DNA of 52,690 bases, the filler included, from Bipalium vagum (taxonomy: Eukaryota), in the NCBI GenBank assembly GCA_037834085.1. It is 3 parts of 3 records of this genome, joined end to end, with 100 filler letters (N's around TTAATTAATTAA, not from the genome) between each part and the next. Parts side by side here need not be neighbours in the genome. Positions count along the whole stretch, not along the records: positions 36,851 to 52,690 come from JBBMKC010143085.1; 2 more parts are not named here. One strand, written 5' to 3'. A program made the position numbers and the translations under genes. Positions 37,057-48,100 of this stretch are shown piece by piece; position 1 is the stretch's first letter, and the number at the start of each line of letters is the position of its first letter. The notes under the pieces were generated by a model that saw only the letters and a program-made list of their open reading frames with translations, did not search any database and had not been told where the DNA came from.

Positions 37057-39182
37057 ATTTTCTTGATTATTTCTATGTAGTGTAACATTTGATTTATGAC
37101 ATTGGTGGATATCACAGGTTGTCAGGTGTGATTTTCTCCTGGTACCCCTAAAACATTGAATGAAATAAAATCAGTTTCAACAAATACGGAACAAAATACC
37201 TGGAAATAAATCTTTTAATTAATAGTATACAATATTTATTTATTTCATGCAATTTGATCAATGATATGTTTGATATTTAATTTGTTCAGTTTTAATCTAT
37301 TTAGTGGGATGTTTTATTGAATCTTTTTGTTTTATAAAATACTATTTAAAATTAATTCTAGATTTTCTTTATAAACGAACATAAACATAAGGTAATAAAT
37401 ATACGAATTCAATTTTTAAATACGAGCTAAATATAAGGAAGAATTTCACCAAGAAGAATTATTCTGATGATCATGTTGATGGATAATACCAGAAAAAATT
37501 TATAAAATTGTTAGAACCAGATTAACCATTAATATTAATGTTTTTGAATATTATACTTTCTATAAGGCTATGATGATAAGACCTATGAAAATATCGGCAA
37601 AAGAATGTGAAAAATCATTCAGACAGGGGGAAATTAATAATAGACGAAACCGTCACGTTGGTCAAACAACAAAATGCTATTACGCAAGAAACAGTAACAA
37701 TTGTGATGGAAGAACTGGAATATGAAGGAACCTCTGTGAAAAACTATTGATTAAAAACTTCTAATATATTCTTCTTAAATAAACAAAGAGTAGTGCGTGT
37801 CAAAAGAAAGTACACTCCTATATAAAACAAGAGAGAGTTCTGGATGTAATCTGAAACTCCTCAGAGAAGTCCGTTTCACGGAATTAAAAGGCGCAGCTGT
37901 TCAAGGAGCCTACATAAATAAAGTAAAATTGAAAATTTATACAAAACAAAGCACAAGGATAGCAACACCAGAAATAAAAAATACACCAGTAATGTTAATA
38001 AAAAAGCAAAAAGAAGATCTTATATGATTAGTAAGATATGATTTCTTCCTGTACCACTGTTTCTGTCCAGAGTACCTGTTTCAAAAAATTTCTATCGTGT
38101 TGTGTATAATCTTTGTTAACATTGAATGCATCGCATAGAATTTCAATGGCTTGGTACTGTTGTTGTACTTTGCCAATTTTCATGAGAATCCTCTCATAGT
38201 GGATTAAGATTAACATTTTCTTATCATCAGATAGCGCCATTTATAATAATCAATATTAAATCAATTAAACCACCTAGATTTACAAATTTTTTTCTAAAAA
38301 AAATAAATAGGGTTTTTTATGACATGGAGCAAGTTTAATTTAATAACTGATAAAATTATTAAAAATAACAATTTTAAGAAAAGAATGTAATTCAACAATA
38401 GAAATCCAAAATAATCACTATTTATAATCAATTTTTCTACTTCACCTAATAAAATTAACGATTTAAATACAAAATATCAACACTTCATCAATATTTAATA
38501 AATATATTGATTTTAAAAACGATATAATTCATAACTTTAATAAATATCATTTAACTTGACTTTGATTGGATAAAAATATTCCCGTTTCATTTTATTTCAG
38601 AAAATTTCCATTATAAAATTAAATCTTCACCGGTTTTCAAGTGAAAATTAAATGACTTTGCTGATTCAGAAAATTGTTCAATTTTGTCAGTAGACAGATT
38701 TTCATTTGATTTTAGTTTCGGCAAATGTCCAATGAACAGGAAAATTCTTTAGGAAAATCAGAGAAAAATTAGGAATTTTCTTTTTACAGTGTCGTATCAT
38801 AATACCATGGTGTACACAGAACGGTTATTGAAAGCACATTTGCCATTACAGACCAACGATTTTATCACAAAATCGTGCGCACATATGGACACACACCAAT
38901 CCATCGTTTCTTGTTACAGCATCATCATATGCAAATATATCATGGTAGAGATCAATAGAACTTTGTTTCATCAGATCGGTTCAACTGAAGTTATCTCTAC
39001 GAATAATTCTTGAATTTGGAAATATAGTACCAACAGAAACATATTGTCCATTTCATTGCTGAAAATGTGAAGTTGATACCAACATTGGTATTGCCATTTT
39101 TAAGTATAAACAGTACAGTAAAACAAATTCATTTTCCTTTACCACGAGAGATTTGCGCAATCGAAATATAAAAAATACAGTG

Positions 39183-42100
39183 ATGGAAAGTTTGTCAGAT
39201 TTGGACGACTGTATCAACACTTTGGAAAGATTGCAATTGGTAAGATTACTTTTTTAACTGATGGATAATATATAAAATTGACATCCTGAAAGTATAAAAA
39301 TATTATTTGGTTTGCGCAATATGTTAATTGGATTCTGACCCGGAGATATCAATTTTCAGTTCGATGATCAGAGAATTGAACGTTGAAAGTTTTTATAAAT
39401 TTTTATAAATTATTAATATTTTTAAAAATTATTTTCTTTTTGAAACGGACGGTAAGGTAAAAGATTTTAAAATTGGATTGTTTACGTTTTGCTAAAAGAT
39501 TGAGGATTAAGAAGGGATTAGAAAATAAAATACTACAGAGAAAAAAATCTGTTTTAATGAATTAAAAATTAAATTTTCGAAAGAACCTAAGATTTAAAAT
39601 AAGAATCATTTTAATATTTTTGGCTCATTTAAAATTGACCATGAAATGTTTTCATTAAAAACTTCTGAAAAAAACTAAATACATTTCGGAAAATTTTTAA
39701 AATTATTAAATAGAAAAAATCATCAAAATTTTATGAAATTTATAATTAATATTTTTGTTAATAATATTTTTTTAGATGAAAAGAACATTTTTGAAAAATA
39801 TGAAAGTTACATTTCGAGAAGTCTGTTTACATTTTTAAATATATTTGATTCGGTTATGTAAAATAAATTTTGTTTATTAAACAGCATTATGTTATGTTTT
39901 GTAGGTTAAAACATAATTCTTTGCGATTTTTAATAATAAAAATGTATAGGCAATAAAATACTTTATTTACAAATAATAATGAAAAATCAATCGATAATGT
40001 ATTTTTTGTTAATATTTATAACCCTTAGCAATCTTTCCGCCATCAATCGAAATAAATAAACTACAAATCACTAGATCTACTTGAAAGAAATTGGTCAATC
40101 ATTTTTTAATGTCCTTCTCCAAATTGATGCCTACCATTTTGTTAGGCAAAGAGTGGAAAAATAGAACTGGAGAGTATGGAGGGTGCTGAAGAACATCACA
40201 ATTGAGTTCTTGGAGGCTGGTTTTGACGATATTTAAAGCGTGTAGTTTTTATATTGTCTTTTCTCTTTCATGATGTCGATCACTAGACGAAATTTATACA
40301 CGAAAAGTTGCCCAATTTCACAAAAAAGAGATCATTGTTTTCCTGGGATGCAAATTCTGTTTAATTCTGTGCAAGCAGAAGTCAATCACTCCTTCCTGGG
40401 CTTCACGTTTGTATACAAACAACATTTCTTATTTCCCGTGATGATTCGATGGAGAAATCGTTCCTCGTGATTGAGTATTTTTCGATGTCTGACAAGATTT
40501 TGAGCTACAATTTTAAGCCGATATGGGACACAATCACTAACTTTTTGACTGCACTCATTTGATTTTACATTATTATTGGATTGCTGTTCATCCTCTGAGA
40601 TAATTCTCTGTATGTTTGACGGTCGTAATCTTTCATGTTATCAATTGGTCATCATCGAAATTGGATGGCTTACCGATATATTTTGCGGTACTCCAAAAAA
40701 CATGTTTTCCGTAAATTTTAGAAAATTCCTGGACTGCTTTTGCAACTTTCTGAACTCGATTAAAATAAAATACAAATAAATCAGAAATTTTATTTTTAAT
40801 CAACTTGGCACTGAATGTTAGAGCTATGGAATTTAAATAAAATGAAATGGCATAAAAAATTTAGTGTATTTTGTAAAACAGAAAAAGATCTTATAAATAA
40901 ATATGATGCCGTAAAACAAAGTAATAAAATCCCGAAAAATTATGTTGTAACCTAATATTAGTAAATTAATAACTTAATAAATAAATACAATTAACAATAT
41001 CAATATCATTTTGAATCCCGGGTTATAATCTGGTGAACAGTTGCATTCTCTAGAAAGAAATTAAGGACGTCACTACTAAGTTTAATTGATAACCGTGTAG
41101 CTTTTTCAAATCTGATAAACCATTCATTCTTTAGACCTTAGACTTCGAAACCTCAACCATTAAACGTAAAACCAGCTCTTTTTCAACAACAGAATTTGAA
41201 AATTATAATTCTTCTATCGTCTGTGAAAACCGTTTGGACTTAGTACATTCAAATCCACAGAGATCTTATCAAGACTGCTATGATATTCATTTACCTGGTA
41301 AGATCGTCAATAAAATTTTTATTAACAATCTCGAGCATATAGTTTGTCGATTCTTCAAAATCTTTTGCCAAAACAGAAATGAGTCGAGAATTATTTTTGT
41401 TAAATTTATGACATTTTTAAGTCTAGAATTTATTTTTTTTATATATATTATTCATTTAATTATTTATTTGTTTAAAATTAATATTGAAAAATCATTTATT
41501 CTTTGAGTTTTATAAATGTAAATTGATCGAGCCATGTTAGGGTTCATCAGTATTGTAAATAAGTTTGATCCTAAGCATTAACCACTGGTTGGCATTATGC
41601 GATGGGTATGTTAAAACACCAATTAGGAAAAGGTATAAATTAAAAATTTATCATGATGATAATATTACGTTTGGAAAGGGAACATGATTAATTTAAATAA
41701 TATTTTAAATAGAAAAGATAAATTGTATTCGACTTTTTGAAAAGATATTCATAAGTCATGATGGATGATCTAGATTTATTAATAAAAGTTACTCGTATTT
41801 TATTTAAATAACAAAAGAATTATATAAGAGAACTGAATTTCAATTATTATAGTCTTAATTATTATTAATAATATAATATTTTATATTCAAAGTATTTCTT
41901 GATTCTGTATGAAAACTCCTTATTTAACATTTTGGAACAATGTATACATTTAGACGAGTTTATATGTTCATGGTCCTTGAGTTGTGATAAAAAATAAAAT
42001 AATAAAAAAATTCATTTGATTTTTGTGCAAATCCCGAGAACTTGCCTACAAAGACAAACTTCATTAGTGAAATATTATTGACATTTATTACTCACTTTGT

Positions 42101-45100
42101 AAATATTGAGATTTCATTTCTTCATATTTTCATGTAACACCTCTCGTGTATCAGATTTAACGAAAAGGTCCAATGTTGTGAAAAACGAACCAAACGATGA
42201 CAATGATGAGACTCTATGTCCAGAAGTAAGTCTTCAAAAAAATTATCTTAATGGAAATCAGAAATTTTAATTATCTTTCTTTTTATATATATATTTTTTA
42301 ATATTTTCATTTATTTTATTAACTGAGAAAATTATTGTACAACTTTTACCAAATATGTTAAATTTCTATTATTTAACCAAGATTTAGTCTAACCTCTCAC
42401 CAATGTTTGGGTTCATTTCCTTTTGAAACTTTATAGAAATAATCAATACAGCTAAACAATAAATCCTTATTAATTATACCCTATATACGACTAACTATAC
42501 CCTCGTACTAACAATAACAGCTATCCATTGTTACACAAACAAATCGAATAAATCACACAACATTAACAAAAATGTTAAATTACAATAGTTGTAATCAGGA
42601 CAATGTAGTCCGATCTTTTGTGGTACTTCCTATTTGTAAAACAGTCAAAAACCAATTAATTATAATCTCGAATAAATAATAAATAAAAATTGTTCATTCT
42701 CCATCATTTCTAACGACTTAATGGTTTGACTGCTTAAAATTTATTTATTTTAATTCCATTCTATTTTGTTTAAAATTTATTCTTTCAAACTTTCTTTTTT
42801 GCCTGTAACATAGTGTAAATGGTTCGGTCTGTATAGAAAGATTTTATTCAGATTTTTTCCCAGTTGATTACATGTTAATATTTTTTTTGTTTGGTAATAT
42901 TTTTGAGAATCAAAAAAAATAAAGAAATCTATGTAAGAAGATTATGTACAAAAAAAACCATGATTTTTTTCGAACCTTGGTATTGTTACCGTCATACTTG
43001 TGAGGATTAATGTCAAACGCCTCAGAAATTTTTATTCGATCAACAGAAAAATTAATTTAAAGAAACACAAGTTGTTTAAGAAAATAATTTTAATTATTTG
43101 AATAATTTAATTAGTTTTTTTAAATAATTTGATTTGTGCATAAAATAGATTTTTTTGAAAACGCGTTTGCTTACTTAATGGATTTTATTTTAGAAAGAGT
43201 TTTCGCACCTAACTATACCAAAAAGTATAATTTTATGCTTGTACGTTTACTAGTCCCTCCCTTTGCTATTACTTTGTTCGTGAATAAAAATAACCAAAAA
43301 AGCTTTATTGTATGAATTGAAATAATCACAGTAATCTTTATTTTTCACTACAAAAACACAATCGTCATAAACAAAACAATTCAATGTCTTTAAATCACAA
43401 TAGTGTAATGTCTGAGTAAAACTCTCACAAAAATGATCATCGTTAATATCTTTGGTATGGTATAACAATTGGTTATATGAATTTTAATTAAATAAGAGTC
43501 AAAACTGTTTATCACAAAATTAAAATGAAAATTATATATAACACCAAAAACTTAAATATTAGTCTCACCGGAGCGATCAATGGGTCCCCGGGTCGTCCCT
43601 TAGATCAGAGACGGACGCCTATAGATTTAAAAGCTTAACGAGACTTTAGTAATCCTGCTGTGTAAACAAAAGAAACAATTTTGACTCACAAATAAATTGG
43701 TGATGCTGCTGTCGTAGAAATCTTCTGATCATTAACTGTTTTTCTCAGACACTCACTAAAAAGAAATTCTGTCTTATATAGATGTAGAGATTGACCGAAG
43801 ACTGACAATCTCTACTCTAAATGTTAATGTCGCTGAATAAATCAAAAATAAAGAGAATTAATTTGCCGGCCCTAATTGAGGCCTGGTGTTATCTCGACAT
43901 CAAGATAACGCTAATTATTTTTATTATAGTATTATTTTCAATTGAGACCCCTATCTGTCTCTTAGGGTCTTGTCTCTGGTGAACCCAGTAATATAAATTT
44001 TAATGATGAGAAACCAGTCATAAACTTTTAAATATATTTTGAATATTTTTATTAATTACAAATTCTCAATAATAAAATGGTAATTTAGTGTTTTGATCTT
44101 TGATAATTTTTGCACTTTAATTTAAAGTTAAACTTTCGCAAACTGAGCAGTATTAATAATAAAAAAAATAACAAGATCACAAGCATAACTATTTGATCAA
44201 AAAATAGAATTTAATAAATCATGGTTTCTGATACTTTTAAGAAGTAATTAACCCGGAAATCATTTTAATAAAAGAACACAAAGACATTCCTTTTCTTTTT
44301 CATTAAATATTATTTATTTATAGAGAAATATGGAAGTATTTTTCGCTATCATTCAATATAAATAAGTCAGTAACACATTTTGAATATTGATAAACAAGTT
44401 TAGACACATCTTTGCATGGTGGTCGGTACAACGCCCTTCATAACCTTAGAAATTTTGATAACTATAGATTTATATAAAATTATCTATATATAATAACAGA
44501 TAAGTGACTTCAATTCGCAATCTGTTCTTCGTATTGCAATAACAAAAAATATGTCCGACGACAATGAACTGGTTTCTGTCACTGACAGTGAAGCGACAGA
44601 TTTTCCTGCGCCACCTCCTTCTATAAGCGTTTACAATGACAGCTATATGAAAAACTATCCGTCCCATAATTCGCCATATGATCAGTCTTCCACCAATTCA
44701 AGCCCTTCAATGGGTGGAAGTACCTTATTTCATACCGGTCATAATCAGTCAACAAATAGTAAAAAGTTTTCGAAAATGTCAGTGGATCCACATTCTGATT
44801 CTGGAAATAATATGAATTCTGAAAACTCAAGCCAGTCCAATTTATCCAACTCAGCTGAAGTTAGTTTTTATAACAATAAAAGTTTTATCTTTTTTGATGG
44901 GCATTATCTATTAATTATAAATGGCAATGGTTTTTTATTTGTACTACGATAATCGTAATTTAATCATTTTTGTAATTAAACTATATTTATTACATTTATA
45001 ATAGTTGTAAAAACCAAATTTGGGCGGAAAATAATTTTGTGTAGTTTAATAAAGAGTAAAATTTTGAGGAATTATTTATTCACCATTATTACAAATGGTT

Positions 45101-48100
45101 TTGTGCCAAATTTCAACTAACGTCAATATTCATTTTTGTAGAAATCTGTGGGTTAACTGTTAAAAATTAGTCACACGAGGTTTCTAAGGATCTCGTCAAT
45201 CAATGTGTTCCTGTTCAAGGAATTCTGTAGCTAGAGAAAAAAATGATAGGTATGAGTCAATGAGACCAATGATATATTATGAGGCCGTGTATTATTCTGC
45301 TGGTAAACAATAAAATTCCAATTTTAATATTTCTGACTCTCTTCGTGCATTTCCTTCTTCAACTTATTAATTACGAGCAGTAAAAATCAAACTTTATCGC
45401 TCCTAATAAATGATAGTTTTGAACGATAGTTCTCATAAAACGCAAAACGTGGTCTTCTTTGGATGCAATCAATCTTTGATGTCGTTTTTGTTGACCTGCT
45501 AGTCCGATACCATGATCTGTTGAGAACAACATTGTCGTGGACGATCCATTTTGCATTACTTAATTTTTTTCAAAATCTAGTGCTTTTCTTTGATTTAAAA
45601 TTGTCTTTACTGATAAAAATAAAATATTATTATTTGTAAAAAAATAACTGTACAAATTCCAATATTAAAAACTGGTCAAACTTATTTTTGACCAATAAGG
45701 CAAAATATTCATTAAATTACCAATTTCCAGAAGATTTTTATTTCAATTGTTTGTAGAAAGAATCCAAAGACGTTAAAACTCTTCCGACAACTGACGGTAC
45801 ATCAGACAAGCCAGATCTGAATAAACAAGTAGGTTTCTCTTTCAATTATGGTATTATCTAAGGCAACTTCAGTAATCTTATTTCAGGATCTTAAATTTTC
45901 GTTAAATTAAAATTGTAAACGTATTTTGACATTGACTTTCTGTTATAAATATTAGATATAAAAGGTATATAATCACATTGGGTTCCACTTTATAGGAAAT
46001 TCTTTTCTAATTTTTTATTATTGTTGATTTATAGTGATTTAAAGGTTACCTCATAAATAATAGTTTATCAATATTTTTTATATTAAGAATGGCCAAAGAA
46101 ACAAGTATTCAAAATACAGTCATCATACCTTATGGATGATCTATTAATAAAAACCTATTTTTCCATTTCCAAAGCATTTTTGAGCGGGTTTTCAATATCA
46201 TATTGAACATTTTTTTTAATTAGTATGGCTGAAAATGAATTAGCATAGAATTCATCTTTTGTAGATTTTTCACAAGAAATTCATTATGTGAATTCATTAT
46301 TTTTCTCTTATCATTAGATATTTTGATCTTTCAGACTTCCTGAGTGATCTCCATCTTGAAGACTGAGATAATCATGTTAGTTACTGTCACGTTATCTGCA
46401 CTTCGACAATTCATTAAGTCAAGATTTAATATTTAAATCCGGCAATATAAAAAAGACAAAATTTTTGTATTTTACATTTAAAAACAAGAGGAACATAATT
46501 ATATCAAATAAATGAAAATTATAGCAATATGAATAATCACTTCTGATTTTCTTTAATTTCAAAGAGTCAGATAGAATTCAGTCTTTTCTTGGTACTGTCC
46601 GCCAGTGTCTGTACCATAGTTAAATTAATCTTATTAATGCAACGTGAAATCTTTGCCTTTAGATTAAATAAGATTAATTAAGATTATTGATGATTTCGCC
46701 ACCCAACCTTTATCGTATACTTTGTCTTTTAAAATTTGCCAGAAATCATCAATTGGACGACATTCAGGAACTACAGGAGAACTATTTTTCTTTCCAACAA
46801 AATTTAATTTATTTTCTTTCATCAAGAATACTGTAACTCTTACATAATGTGCACTAGCAAAATCTGGCCAAAATATGTAAACCTCATTATTGTGTTGTTG
46901 GTTAATAAAGGTAACAATCGTAACCGTAAACATTGATTTATGTAGATTTCCGAGTTGATTGCGTTATTGGCAGTACCGTTGTAAGGTCTACAAAGACCTC
47001 GATTTGACATGGCTATACAAACAAGCAGTTTGGGTTTAAATTTCATTTTTATAAATATATTTTACACCAGGAGGTGTTTCGTTTATATCATCTGAATAAA
47101 ATCTACCATTTTTATTGTTCCTGTTAGATAAAAAAATATGAATCGTCGTCAAGGATCCAATTCAAGGTATTGAAATTTCTATACAAATAACTGCACCTGC
47201 TTTTAACTATTGATCATTGTTTGTCTGTTTGCTGGAATTTTTATTCGATTTCGATATCTGATACTGGTCTTCTTTTTCAATATCTTTATGTAAGTTTTTG
47301 AGTGCAGTTAAATTTTCGGGCCACCATACGTATAGATATTCCAATCTTGTTGTTAATATACCTCTTTGATAACTCCACATTCCTCTTTAACATTTTAACC
47401 GGTTTACGACCGCTTACAACTTTTCACAATGGGCAAGATTTATTTTCTGTGCGTCGTATTATATCATAAATAGTTGATTTTTCCATACCCTGTAGCATAA
47501 AATGCTTTACCGTGAAGATTTTCCCTTCATTTGCGTGCATCAACTAGAAGTTGCACACAAGGTTCCGAGCATCATTCTCTTTCGTCATCTTCTAAAATCG
47601 CGCTTAAGTATATTATTATTTACACAACATATTAACTTAAAGTACTTGTTATATAGCTGTAAATTAAAAAGAAAGAGAAATAGTGACGAATGACTTTATT
47701 AACCTTAAAATGTATTTATAAATTTGTCCGGATTTTTCATTGTCATACGTTCATTGGGTCGCTAAAAAGTGTTCTTTTTATTGATTATTTAAACAGATTA
47801 CTTATTTAAATGTTTTATTAAGATTAATTTAACTATTTAATTTTTAGAAACTGTTGTATATTATTTTATTATGAAAAATTATTTAAAACATTTATTTTAC
47901 ATTAAGGATTAAATTTTTATAAATCCCTTTATACTTTTCAAATATTTATAAATTTTTTTAACTTAATTATATTCTAATCCTTACAAATCATTTTCGGATA
48001 TAACAGTCAATCTTTTAAATTTTGGAAAAACTAAATTTTAATAAGAATTTATGAATTTCTTTTGGCATTAAACATTCTTTGTCAAAAATGTTTTAATTCT

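Noticed and set aside
36851-37200. Polinton PolB zinc-finger/IYADFE-like region
   Set aside because: It lies on the opposite strand to the INVF fragment and is better explained as an ANO8 exon preceded by a 52-nt intron.
42950-43470. ORF 43250-43468 as a gene
   Set aside because: Weakly resembles IS630-like catalytic debris (CVFVVKN for xVxxMDN); insufficient for either call.
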